This document shows, piece after piece, positions 19,765 to 28,953 of a DNA stretch of 64,000 nucleotides. The stretch is from Thermoanaerobaculia bacterium (GTDB taxonomy: Bacteria; Acidobacteriota; Thermoanaerobaculia; Multivoradales; JAGPDF01): contig JAXLQW010000001.1 in the NCBI GenBank assembly GCA_046331385.1, positions 384,188 through 448,187 of the forward strand. Reading direction: 5' to 3'. Within the stretch, counting starts at the first letter, position 1. Every line of letters begins with the position of its first letter. Position numbers and translations under genes: made by a program. The notes beneath the pieces are model-generated. The model had not been told where the DNA came from. It made no database searches and worked only from the letters and a program-made list of their open reading frames with translations.

Positions 19765-20666
19765 AGCACGCCCGCGCCGCGCTGCTCGCCGCGGTCGCGC
19801 TGGCGATCGCTTGCCGGCCCGCTCCGGCGCCGGTGCTGCCGCCGGTGGCGATGCGCGACGTCCCGCCGCGGATCGGCCTGGCGCTCGGCGGCGGCGGGGC
19901 GCGCGGCTTCGCCCACGTCGGCGTGCTGCGCGTCTTCGAGCAGGAGAAGATCCCTCTCCACGTCGTGGTCGGCAGCTCGGTCGGCAGCCTGATCGGTGCG
20001 CTCTACGCCGACAGCGGCCGGGTGCTCGACGCCGAGTTCCTGGCGGCGGAGGTCGAGCACGACGACATCTTCGACTTCGGCGCGCTCGCCTTTTTCAGCG
20101 GCGGCCTGGCGCGCGGCGCCGGCATCGAGCGCTTCCTCGGCGAGCACCTGAAGCACCCGACGTTCGAGACCTTGCCGGTGCGTTTCGGTGCCGTGGCGAC
20201 CGAGCTCGCCACCGGGCGCACCGTGGTCTTCGAGCGCGGCTCGGTGGCGCAGGGGGTGCGCGCCTCCTGCGCCATCCCCGGCGTGTTCTCCCCGGTCGAG
20301 ATCGGCGGCACGGTCTATGTCGACGGCTCGGTCACCGATCCGGTCCCGGCGGATGCGGCGCGGGCGCGCGGCGCCGAGGTCGTGGTGGCGGTGGCGATCC
20401 CGTCGAGCGTGCCGAGCGACCTGCCGTCGACGCCGGTCGGAGTGGCGCTACGCGCCATCGGCCTGCTCGCCAACGCGGTGCAGGAGGCGCGCGCCGCCGA
20501 GGCCGACGTGGTGATCTCGCCCGAGGTCGGAGGGATCGCCTACGACGATTTCACCGCCAAGAAGCGGGCGATCGAGGCCGGGGAGGAAGCGGCGCGCAGG
20601 GCGCTGCCGGCGATCCGCGCCGCGATCGCCGCAAAGACGCGGCACGAGCCGATGCCGCCGGAATGA
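19761..20666 (+). CDS. Patatin-like phospholipase, probable lipoprotein
   Basis: GGGGARG, GSSVG (GxSxG), YVDGS; lipobox-like LAIAC; GTGA overlap with the PhzF gene. Confidence 0.88.
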   Translation: MKHARAALLAAVALAIACRPAPAPVLPPVAMRDVPPRIGLALGGGGARGFAHVGVLRVFEQEKIPLHVVVGSSVGSLIGALYADSGRVLDAEFLAAEVEHDDIFDFGALAFFSGGLARGAGIERFLGEHLKHPTFETLPVRFGAVATELATGRTVVFERGSVAQGVRASCAIPGVFSPVEIGGTVYVDGSVTDPVPADAARARGAEVVVAVAIPSSVPSDLPSTPVGVALRAIGLLANAVQEARAAEADVVISPEVGGIAYDDFTAKKRAIEAGEEAARRALPAIRAAIAAKTRHEPMPPE

Positions 20667-20704
20667 CCCTCCGATTGCGGCGACCCTCCTAGAATCCGAC
20701 CTCC

Positions 20705-21538
20705 ATGGGCTGGCGGAGAACGACACGGATCTACGGGCGGCTGACGCGCGCCCTGGGGTACTCCTTCGTCGCCTATGGCGGCGCCCTGCTCAGCGGCTGG
20801 TTGCTGGCGCCCTGGCCGCGCGCGAGCGCGCGCTGGCAGATGCGCAGCTTCCAGTTCTGGTCGCGCGCTCTGGTGCGAGTCTTCGGCGTCCGCCTGACGG
20901 TCGTCGGCGAGCCGCCGCGCCCACCCTTCTTCCTGGTCGCGAACCACCTCTCGTACGTCGACATCGTGGTGCTCGGCACGCAGTTGCCGTGCGTTTTTGT
21001 CGCCAAGGCGGAGATCGACCGCTGGCCGGTCTTCGGCGCCATCTGTCGGGTGGTCAACACGATCTTCATCGACCGCAAGTTGAAGCGCGACGTGCCGCGC
21101 GCCATCGCGCTCATCCGCGAGGCGCTCGCGGTCGGCAAGGGGATCGTGGTCTTCGCCGAGAGCACTTCGAGCGCCGGCGCCGAGGTCATGCCGTTCCGCT
21201 CGCCGCTGCTCGACCTGCCGGTCAAGATGGGTCTGCCGGTGCACTACGCGGTGCTCGGCTACCGCACGCCGGAGTTCGCGCCGCCGGCCTTCTCGACCGT
21301 CTGCTGGTGGGGCAACGCGCCATTCGCGCCGCACGTCAAGGAATTCCTCGCCCTGCCGAGGGTCGAGGCCCGCCTGGTCTTCGGTGACCAGCCGGTGGCG
21401 ATCGCCGACCGCAAGCAGCTCGCCGAGCGACTGCGCAGCGAAGTCGCGGCGCGCTTCGAGCCGACGGTCGGCGCCGAGGAGCTCGCCAAGTACCGCCCGC
21501 CTTGGCGCGAAGACATCGACGAATTCGCCGGCGAGTGA
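20705..21538 (+). CDS. Lysophospholipid acyltransferase (PlsC/OlsA-like)
   Basis: NHLSYVD (HxxxxD), FVAKAEI, FIDR, FAESTSS. Confidence 0.88.
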   Translation: MGWRRTTRIYGRLTRALGYSFVAYGGALLSGWLLAPWPRASARWQMRSFQFWSRALVRVFGVRLTVVGEPPRPPFFLVANHLSYVDIVVLGTQLPCVFVAKAEIDRWPVFGAICRVVNTIFIDRKLKRDVPRAIALIREALAVGKGIVVFAESTSSAGAEVMPFRSPLLDLPVKMGLPVHYAVLGYRTPEFAPPAFSTVCWWGNAPFAPHVKEFLALPRVEARLVFGDQPVAIADRKQLAERLRSEVAARFEPTVGAEELAKYRPPWREDIDEFAGE

Positions 21539-21585
21539 CCCCCCGCCCGGCCCCGCGGCAGCCGGCGGCAGCTCGACCTTCCAAC

Positions 21586-22110
21586 AAGAAAGGCTCGGTT
21601 AGAGACCCTACGGTTCCATCCTCGCGAACCCTGGGCCGGCTCGATCCCAGCCGACACCAGCTCTCGCCTGGGAGTGTGGGCTCACCGCGCGCCCTCGTGA
21701 ACTGGCGGGTGGCTCGGCTGGGCGAGGCTGGAAGTGCGGGTTTCCTTTTTCCCCAGGGTGAGCTTTTCTTCGCAGGTTGCTGGCAGCTCGAGCTCAGCGG
21801 ACACCAGCTCTCGCCTGGGAGTGTGGGCTCACCCCGCGCCCTCGTGAACTGGCGGGCGGCTCGGCTGGGCGAGGATGGAAGTGCGGGCGTCTTTTTTCCC
21901 TAGGTGAGCTTTTCTTCGCAGGTTGCTGGCAGCTCGGCCTCAGCGGACACCAGCTCTCGCCTAGGAGTGTGGGCCTCTCTCGCGCCCTCGTGAACTGGCG
22001 GGCGGCTCGGCTGGGCGAAGCTGGAAGTGTGGGCCTCCTTTTCCCTAACCAGATCCTTTTCTTCTTTTTCTTGCTGTGTTTTCTTCTTTTCTTCTATCTC
22101 TACTGTTTCG
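21586..22110. repeat. Modular ~146-147 bp tandem repeat array, locus 1 (3 units), ending in a pyrimidine tract
   Basis: GACACCAGCTCTCGCC at 21653, 21800, 21946; GCCCTCGTGAACT at 21691, 21838, 21984; GGTGAGCTTTTCTTCGCAGG at 21757, 21903. Confidence 0.9.
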
Positions 22111-22132
22111 CCGACAGGGATCGGGTCTGGGG

Positions 22133-24703
22133 TCAGTCGAGGTATCGCCGTTTGAGGAGGCGGAGGAGCTCGCGCAGTGTCGTCGGGCGATGGCCGCTCT
22201 GGGCGTTTTCTTCACCGATCTCGAAGGCGAGGCGCCACTGCTCGAAGAGGGTCCGGTAGGCGGCGATCAGGCTCGCGCCGGGCTCGTAGATGTGGGTCGC
22301 TTCGGAGGTCACGCCGTTGAGCTCGAGAATCTTCAGGTTGCGCCCCTGCTGGAAGTCCTCGGTCGAGGGCACGCGCACGTCGTAGCGCCCGAAGAAGAAG
22401 CCCTCGAAGCCGCGGCTGATTTCGTCGATCCGACGGCGCAGCGCCTCGGTGGCGAGCGCCCGGCCGTCGCGGAAGATCGTGCCGCGGCAGTGGTTGCCGA
22501 TCTCGACCAGCTGCACGGGAACGTCGGACGCCGGGACCTCGCTCAGGCGGTGCGAGTTCTTCTCGAGATAGAACCTCGCCATGCACACCGCACGCTGGTC
22601 GGCGAGAATCAACTCCTCGAGCGTTCGCACGCCGTCGCCGCGCACAACCGGGAACTGCTTGCGCGTGATCGAGAAGATGCGGCCTTCGGCCTCCCGCGGG
22701 CGGCGCACGTAGAAGACGCCGAACTCCTCGCCGGGGACGTACTCCTGCAGAATCACCGGGCCCGCGTTCTCCTCGAGGTGCAGGCGGATCTCGTCGTGGC
22801 TACGCGCCACCGCCACGCCCGTGCCGCGCTCGCCGACGTCCGGCTTGAGCACCACCGGCAGCTCGAGAGCCAAGTCGGTCATCATCGCGCGCGCGGCGGC
22901 CAGGCGCGACTCGAGATCGGCGTGCGGCTCGAGCCGGGCGTAACGCGCCAGCGCCTCGGGGGACGCGGAGAGTCCGGCGAGGATGCCGCTCTTCGACTCC
23001 TCGACGAAACCGCCGGCGGGGATCGCCGGATTGGCGGCGGTGAAGACCGTCAGACTCTTGTGGCGCCAAGCGAGGCGGAGGATCTGGGCGAAGACGGGGA
23101 TCTGGAACAACCAGAGCGGCCAGAACTCCCAGCGCCGCAAGCGCTCGACCTTCGACCGCAGCATCCGGCGGCCCCGCCAGGTGCAGGCCGGGATCACCAG
23201 GTGGAAGAGAACGAGCAGGAGCACGAGCAGCAGGGCGATGCCCGGCAGGGCCCAGCGTTCGTAGGTCGCGAGCAGCCCGAGGAGCGTCTTGCCCGCGAGC
23301 GCCGAGAGTCCGACCAGGATCGGCGTCCAGAGCACCGCCGCGAGCAGGAAAGCGAGGAGCAACATCGGCAGGCGCACGTGGAGCACGCCGGCGGCGAAGA
23401 AGAGCGGCAGGCGGCTGCCGGGGATGAAGCGCGAGATCAGGATGACCTTCATCCCTTCGCGGCGGAACCACTCCGAGCTCGCCTCGAGGGTCGCCGGCTT
23501 GACCATCCACTTGAACGGCGCGCGCGCCAACGCCGGGCGCCCGAGCCAGCGTCCGGCGGCCACCAGCAGCAGATCGCCGACCACGATGCCCACCAGACAG
23601 GCGAGCGTCGCCTCGGGAAAGGCGAGGGTGCCATGTGAGACCAGCAGACCGCCGGCGAGGCAGGCCAGGTCCTCGGCGAGAAAAGTGGCGAGCGCCAGCA
23701 GGGACAGCAGGATCAGCAGGGTCACGCCGCGCGCCCGCGGCGGACGGATCTTGTCGAGCGCGAGCGCCGAGCGCGCCTGGCGGTCGCTCGGGGCGGTGGC
23801 GCGGGTGCGCGCCGCGCCCGAATCGACCGCCGCGAGGAAGGCGGAGATGCGCGTGGCCGCGAGGCCCGGTTGCTGGAAGAAGAGGAAGTGCCCGCCGGGG
23901 ACGATCTCGAGCTCCGCCTGCGGCACGATGCGCGCGTGCTCGTGCGCGGCGGCGACCGGCACGAGTCCGTCGCGTTCGCCGTGCAGGATGAGCGTCGGCC
24001 CGCCCCAGGCGCCGAGCAGACCGCGCAGCGGTCTTTGATCGGCGGCGGTGAAATTGCGCGCGTAGCCGAGATCGAGCGGCTGGCGGTCGAGCAGGCCGAA
24101 GTGAGGCACGAGCTGGTGCAGCCCCCAGACCAAGCCATACTGCACGTCGTAGAGCAGGTGGTTCAGGCGGTAGTCGCCCAGCAGCTCGAGCTCCTGGACG
24201 CCGATTGCCGAGAAGAGGGTGAGCGAGCGCACCCGCTCCGGATGACTTCCGGCGAGCTCGATCGCCGCGCCGCCTCCCTGGCTCACCGCCACCAGGTCGA
24301 CCGGCCCCGCGACCGGCGGCTCGACCGCGGCGAGGAAGTCGGCGAGCGACTCGGCCTCGGCGCGAAACGAGGCGTCCGGAAGGCCGCGACTCGAGGCGCC
24401 GAACTCCGGCAGGTCGGGGGCCAGCACGCGGCGGTCGCGGGCGAGCTCGCGGGCGAGATCGAGGACCGAGGCGCCGCTGCCGGGCGCGCCGTGGAGCAGC
24501 AAGACCGACGGACGAGACGAGAGCGAACCGAGGTCGCGGTAGGCGAGTCGCATCCGGTGCTCCGGCCGCGCCCCGCGGCCACGCTCGGGAAGCTCGAGAG
24601 TGCGCTGGTCGGCGGCCGGCGCGTTCCCGGGCCAGAAGGCGGTCGTGAGGTGCGAGGCCGCGAGCAGCACCATCCAGGCGAGCGCGAAACGGTGGCGGCG
24701 CAT
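22133..24703 (-). CDS. Fusion: alpha/beta hydrolase + DedA/VTT membrane domain + ATP-grasp ligase
   Basis: LLHGAPGS, AVSQGG, HGERDGLVP, GGHF (hydrolase); FLAEDLAC...LISRFIPGSR (DedA); VLKPDVGERG, LQEYVPG, GDGVRTLEELI, ILELNG (ATP-grasp). Confidence 0.85.
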   Translation of the reverse strand: MRRHRFALAWMVLLAASHLTTAFWPGNAPAADQRTLELPERGRGARPEHRMRLAYRDLGSLSSRPSVLLLHGAPGSGASVLDLARELARDRRVLAPDLPEFGASSRGLPDASFRAEAESLADFLAAVEPPVAGPVDLVAVSQGGGAAIELAGSHPERVRSLTLFSAIGVQELELLGDYRLNHLLYDVQYGLVWGLHQLVPHFGLLDRQPLDLGYARNFTAADQRPLRGLLGAWGGPTLILHGERDGLVPVAAAHEHARIVPQAELEIVPGGHFLFFQQPGLAATRISAFLAAVDSGAARTRATAPSDRQARSALALDKIRPPRARGVTLLILLSLLALATFLAEDLACLAGGLLVSHGTLAFPEATLACLVGIVVGDLLLVAAGRWLGRPALARAPFKWMVKPATLEASSEWFRREGMKVILISRFIPGSRLPLFFAAGVLHVRLPMLLLAFLLAAVLWTPILVGLSALAGKTLLGLLATYERWALPGIALLLVLLLVLFHLVIPACTWRGRRMLRSKVERLRRWEFWPLWLFQIPVFAQILRLAWRHKSLTVFTAANPAIPAGGFVEESKSGILAGLSASPEALARYARLEPHADLESRLAAARAMMTDLALELPVVLKPDVGERGTGVAVARSHDEIRLHLEENAGPVILQEYVPGEEFGVFYVRRPREAEGRIFSITRKQFPVVRGDGVRTLEELILADQRAVCMARFYLEKNSHRLSEVPASDVPVQLVEIGNHCRGTIFRDGRALATEALRRRIDEISRGFEGFFFGRYDVRVPSTEDFQQGRNLKILELNGVTSEATHIYEPGASLIAAYRTLFEQWRLAFEIGEENAQSGHRPTTLRELLRLLKRRYLD

Positions 24704-24711
24704 GGACGCTT

Positions 24712-25446
24712 CTAGGCGGCGCGCGCGATCGCGATGCGGTGCGCGCGGGCGGCGGTGCACGGCGAATCGCCCTGGTAGCGCATCTCGATCCGCTCCGGCC
24801 CGACCTCGACCTCGCAGAACGACACCGTACGGGCGTCGTCGCGGTGCATGCAGACCGACCAGGCGGAGGGGAAAAGGCCGTGGTCGCGGTGGACGGCGCG
24901 CAGCCCGGCGACCGAAGCCAGCGGTTGGGCGCGCCAGCGCTCCCAGATCGGCCGGCGCTCACGGTCGGCGCGCTCGTCGCCGAGCGAGGACGAGCAGAGG
25001 AGCCCGGCTTCGATCGGCAGGACCGCGGACGTCGCCCGCGAGCCGTCCCAGGCGCGCAGCAGCGCCGGTTCGCCGCCCGGCGCCATGGCCACGAGGGTGA
25101 AAGGGGCGAGGTCGGCGAGGTCGAGCTCGTCGAAGGCGGCCATGGCACCCCGCGGCCCGTCCGCGTCGATCAGGCCGGGAATCAGCTCGCCCCGCGAGCG
25201 CGGCGCCGGCGGCAGGGGCCGCGTGGCGTTGCGGTTGAGCAGGCAGAGGAGGAGGCCGGTCTCGGCCGCCGCGATCCAAGTGCCGCCCGAGGCGCCGTCG
25301 ACCGGCGCGAGGTAGCCAATGCCGGTTGCCGACTGCGCCAGCCGGGGCGGCGACGCCGCGGTGCGGCGCCCGAGCTCGTCACGATTGAAGAGGAGGTGGA
25401 GGCGTGCGGCCGGAGCGGGCGAGGTCAGCCAGGAAGCGGTGCACAT
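24712..25446 (-). CDS. NRDE/TANGO2 family protein
   Basis: Begins MCT (N-terminal Cys), FNRDE motif, GGTWI, RSRG, CMHR...RTVS. Confidence 0.88.
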   Translation of the reverse strand: MCTASWLTSPAPAARLHLLFNRDELGRRTAASPPRLAQSATGIGYLAPVDGASGGTWIAAAETGLLLCLLNRNATRPLPPAPRSRGELIPGLIDADGPRGAMAAFDELDLADLAPFTLVAMAPGGEPALLRAWDGSRATSAVLPIEAGLLCSSSLGDERADRERRPIWERWRAQPLASVAGLRAVHRDHGLFPSAWSVCMHRDDARTVSFCEVEVGPERIEMRYQGDSPCTAARAHRIAIARAA

Positions 25447-25964
25447 GTGGCCGCTTGCTGCCAGTGGCGCAGGGTCGAAGGGGCGACGCCGAACTCCGGA
25501 CCGGCGTCGATACCCTGCGCGAGGAGCAGCTGACCGATCAGGGCGTAGTGGTGCACCGTGTGCGAGAGGAGGAACTGCAGCTCGCGCTTGACCGTCGAGC
25601 GGCTCCACTGGTCGCTCGCCTCGTCGCCGCAATCGAGCCGCACCTCGAGGGAGCGGCCGAACCCGGCCTCGTCGACTCGTCCGAGCCCCTCGACGAGCTC
25701 CCGAATGCGGGCGACGGCGGCCTGCACCTCGACCTCGAGGGCCGCCTCGCGCGGGCGCGACTCGTAGTCGACCCGGCCCTCGTCGAGACCGGCGAGGAAG
25801 CAGGAGTAGTGCTCCAGGATGTGCCGCAGGTGGGGGCCGATCCCGCGCGCCCGCTCGCGTACCAGAACCAGGGAATAGGCCTCGCCGGGGATGCGGCCGA
25901 GCAGCTCGCGGCCCTCCTCGAGGAGACGGATGTTCTCGTGGATCACGTCGTGCTTGGCGGCCAT
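25425..25964 (-). CDS. DinB family protein
   Basis: IGPHLRHILEHY and RELQFLLSHTVHHYALI (three-His DinB pattern), FGVAPST; overlaps the NRDE start by 22 nt. Confidence 0.85.
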   Translation of the reverse strand: MAAKHDVIHENIRLLEEGRELLGRIPGEAYSLVLVRERARGIGPHLRHILEHYSCFLAGLDEGRVDYESRPREAALEVEVQAAVARIRELVEGLGRVDEAGFGRSLEVRLDCGDEASDQWSRSTVKRELQFLLSHTVHHYALIGQLLLAQGIDAGPEFGVAPSTLRHWQQAATCAPLPG

Positions 25965-26061
25965 CCTATGAATCCTAATACAGAGCGCCTAAGCTATCCT
26001 AGATGCGCCACTTATGAGACGGGTTTCCGACCTCGACAGTACGCGACCGCGGGCCCTTTGG

Positions 26062-27366
26062 ATGGCTCGCCGGGGAATCGCCGTTCTGTTCGCCGCGACA
26101 ACGGTCTTCGCTTCCGGGGCGTCGGCCTCGAGCCACGGTGAAATCGTCCGCCTGCAGGTGCGCTCGATCATCCAGCCGATCGCGGCCGAATACCTGAAGG
26201 ACGGGCTGGAGGAGGCCGACCGCGACGGCGCGGCGCTGGTGGTGGTCGAGCTCGACACGCCGGGCGGCCTCCTGCCCTCGACCCGCGAGATGTCGACCGC
26301 GATGCTCGCGGCGCGCACGCCGGTGGCGGTCTGGGTCGCGCCGAGCGGCGCGCAGGCGGCCTCGGCCGGCTTCTTTCTCCTGCAGGCGGCCGACTTCGCG
26401 GTCATGGCGCCGGCGACCAACACCGGCGCTGCGCACCCGGTGGGCGCCGGGGGCGAGACGATCGAAGGCGTGCTGGGCGAGAAGGTCGAGCAGGACGCCG
26501 CCGCCACGATCCGCACCCTCGCCGACCGCCGCGGCCGCAACGTCGAGCTCGCCGAAGCCGCGGTGGTCAAGAGCCGCTCGTTCACCGCCGAGGAGGCTCT
26601 GGCGGCGCACCTGATCGACGCCATCGCCCCGGACTTCCCGGGCCTGGTGGCGGCGCTCGACGGGCGGACGATCGAGAAGCCGAAGGGCGAGCCGCGCACC
26701 CTGCGGCTCGCCGGCGCCACCGTGCGCGCGATCGAGATGGCGCCGTTGCGCCGTTTCCTGTCGCGGATCGCCTCGCCCGACTTCGCCTCGATCCTGCTCA
26801 CCCTCGGCCTGCTCGGCCTCTACTTCGAGTTCTCTCACCCGGGCGCCGTGCTGCCGGGGGTGGTGGGTGGGATCTGCCTGCTGCTCGCCTTCTTCGCCCT
26901 CTCGGTCCTGCCGGTCTCCTACGTCGGCGTGGCGCTCGTGGGTTTGGCGATCGCGATGTTCGTCGCCGAGGTCAAGGTCACCAGTTACGGCGCGCTCACT
27001 TTGGGCGGTATCATCGCGCTCGTCCTGGGGCTCGCCATGCTCTTCAAGAGCTCGGAGCCGGCGCTGCAGGTGAGCCGCGGCCTGATCGCGGCGCTGGCGA
27101 TGACGGCCCTGCTGGTGGCGGGGACGGTGCTGCTGGTGGCGGTTCGTTCCCGCCGTCTCCCCATCCAGAGCGGGCGCGAGGCGCTAGTCGGCGCGCGCGC
27201 GACGGCGCGTACCGAGATCGCGCCGCACGGCAAGGTGTTCGTGGCCGGAGAGTGGTGGAACGCGGTGGCCGAGGGTCCACCGGTGGCGGCCGGCAGCGAA
27301 GTAGTGGTAACGGCGGTCCAGGGCTTGGTGCTCACGGTGCGCGCGACGGCGCACGAAGGGAGTTAG
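26062..27366 (+). CDS. nfeD: NfeD family membrane-bound serine protease
   Basis: [31 protein letters not shown]; C-terminal OB fold ([12 protein letters not shown]); alternative ATG at 26014. Confidence 0.9.
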   Translation: MARRGIAVLFAATTVFASGASASSHGEIVRLQVRSIIQPIAAEYLKDGLEEADRDGAALVVVELDTPGGLLPSTREMSTAMLAARTPVAVWVAPSGAQAASAGFFLLQAADFAVMAPATNTGAAHPVGAGGETIEGVLGEKVEQDAAATIRTLADRRGRNVELAEAAVVKSRSFTAEEALAAHLIDAIAPDFPGLVAALDGRTIEKPKGEPRTLRLAGATVRAIEMAPLRRFLSRIASPDFASILLTLGLLGLYFEFSHPGAVLPGVVGGICLLLAFFALSVLPVSYVGVALVGLAIAMFVAEVKVTSYGALTLGGIIALVLGLAMLFKSSEPALQVSRGLIAALAMTALLVAGTVLLVAVRSRRLPIQSGREALVGARATARTEIAPHGKVFVAGEWWNAVAEGPPVAAGSEVVVTAVQGLVLTVRATAHEGS

Positions 27367-27370
27367 AGCG

Positions 27371-28132
27371 ATGCAGTTCGTGGCGTTTCCGTTCTTCCTG
27401 TTCCTCATCCTGATCTTCGTGGTCTCCCGCTGGCTCAACATCCTGCGCGAGTACGAGCGCGCGGTGGTCTTCCGCGTCGGCCGCCTGCTGCCGGAGCCGA
27501 AGGGGCCCGGCTGGGTCTTCATCTTCTGGCCGTTCGACACCATGGTGCGGGTGTCGATGCGCACCGTGGTCCTCGACGTGCCGCCGCAGGACGTGATTAC
27601 CCGCGACAACGTCTCGGTGAAGGTCAACGCGGTGGTCTATTTCCGCGTCGTCGACCCGAATCGGGCGGTGACCTCGGTCGAGAATTACCTTTACGCCACC
27701 AGCCAGCTGTCGCAGACGACCTTGCGCTCGGTGCTCGGCCAGGCCGAGCTCGACGAGCTGCTCTCCGAACGCGAGAAGCTCAACGAGCGCCTGCAGGAGA
27801 TCATCGACCAGCACACCGATCCATGGGGGATCAAGGTCTCGATGGTCGAAGTCAAGGCGGTCGACCTGCCGCAGGAGATGCAGCGCGCGATGGCCAAACA
27901 GGCCGAGGCCGAGCGCGAGAAGCGGGCCAAGATCGTGCACGCCGAGGGCGAGAAGCAGGCCTCGAAGGCGCTCGGCGAGGCGGCCGACATCATCTCGGTC
28001 AATCCGGTGACTCTCCAGCTGCGCTACCTGCAGACGCTGACCGAGATCGCCACCGAGAAGAACTCGACGATCGTCTTCCCGTTGCCGGTCGACGTGCTGC
28101 GCTCCTTCCTGGACCGCGTGCGCAAGGACTGA
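27371..28132 (+). CDS. SPFH/stomatin (slipin) family protein
   Basis: [43 protein letters not shown]; canonical NfeD partner. Confidence 0.95.
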   Translation: MQFVAFPFFLFLILIFVVSRWLNILREYERAVVFRVGRLLPEPKGPGWVFIFWPFDTMVRVSMRTVVLDVPPQDVITRDNVSVKVNAVVYFRVVDPNRAVTSVENYLYATSQLSQTTLRSVLGQAELDELLSEREKLNERLQEIIDQHTDPWGIKVSMVEVKAVDLPQEMQRAMAKQAEAEREKRAKIVHAEGEKQASKALGEAADIISVNPVTLQLRYLQTLTEIATEKNSTIVFPLPVDVLRSFLDRVRKD

Positions 28133-28145
28133 AGGAGCCAGCGCA

Positions 28146-28949
28146 GTGGCCGAGAGCGCCGAATCCCACGAGCCGAGCTACTACGAAGTCGCGCTCACCA
28201 ACCGTCAGGTAGTGATCGCCTTCGTGGTGCTGCTCGCCTGCCTGCTGGCGGCTTTCCTGTCCGGAGTCTGGCTCGGCCGCGGCGCGCATCGGCCCGTGCC
28301 GCCGCCGACGGTCGCCGCCACGCCGGCCCCCGAGCCTCCGCTCGAGCAGCTCTCCTTCTTCTCCAAGAGCGAGCAGAAGCCTGAACCCGCCGCCGCGCGG
28401 GCGGCGCCGCGCGACGCGGCGCCGGGTTCGGCTCCGGGCGAGCTCGCACCCGCGGCGGTCCCCGGCACGAGTCTCGCTCCCATGATCGGCGGCGCTCCGG
28501 CCGTCGGGGCGCGCGGCGCAAATCCGTCGGGGACCGCGAGCCCGGCGTCCGCTCCCGCTGCGCCGCCGGTCGCCGCCCGGCCGCCATCCGCCGCGAAACC
28601 CGCGACCGCGTCGGCGGAGACGACCCCTATCGCGGCCTCCAAGGGCGCCGCCTCCAAACCGGCGCCGGCGCCCGCCGCGTCGACCGCCAAGTCGACGAGC
28701 GCGACACCGGTGGCCGCCAGGCTCTGGGTCCAGGTCTACTCGTCGACCAACGGCGCGCGGGCGCGCGAGATCGCGGCACAGCTCGGCAAGGCCGGCTTCA
28801 CGGTGCAGATGACCCAGATCGACAAGGCCGGGACCGCGAACTACCGCGTGCGCGTCGGCCCCTACGGCGCGCGCTCGGATGCGAACGACGCCTCGCAGCG
28901 TCTGCGGCGCAACTACCACCTCGACACCTGGGTGACCGACACCCCCTGA
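28146..28949 (+). CDS. SPOR domain-containing protein
   Basis: N-terminal TM, Pro/Ala-rich linker, C-terminal WVQVYS...YRVRVGPY. Confidence 0.85.
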   Translation: MAESAESHEPSYYEVALTNRQVVIAFVVLLACLLAAFLSGVWLGRGAHRPVPPPTVAATPAPEPPLEQLSFFSKSEQKPEPAAARAAPRDAAPGSAPGELAPAAVPGTSLAPMIGGAPAVGARGANPSGTASPASAPAAPPVAARPPSAAKPATASAETTPIAASKGAASKPAPAPAASTAKSTSATPVAARLWVQVYSSTNGARAREIAAQLGKAGFTVQMTQIDKAGTANYRVRVGPYGARSDANDASQRLRRNYHLDTWVTDTP

Positions 28950-28953
28950 CGAC

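Noticed and set aside
21653-22046. Repeat array as a CRISPR array
   Set aside because: Period ~146 bp, intervening segments similar between neighbouring units rather than unique, only three units, no cas genes in the window
21596-22050. GTTAG...CTAAC motifs as integron attC sites
   Set aside because: Order is opposite to attC (RYYYAAC...GTTRRRY), spacing is too long, and there are no cassettes or intI
21502-22259. ORFs with a repeated 49-aa peptide (HQLSP...ALVNW...ELFFAG), also at 44559-44792 and 45702-46094
   Set aside because: Translations of the DNA repeat. The frame breaks between units (147 versus 146 bp), changes are mostly non-synonymous, stops occur, and there is no credible start or RBS
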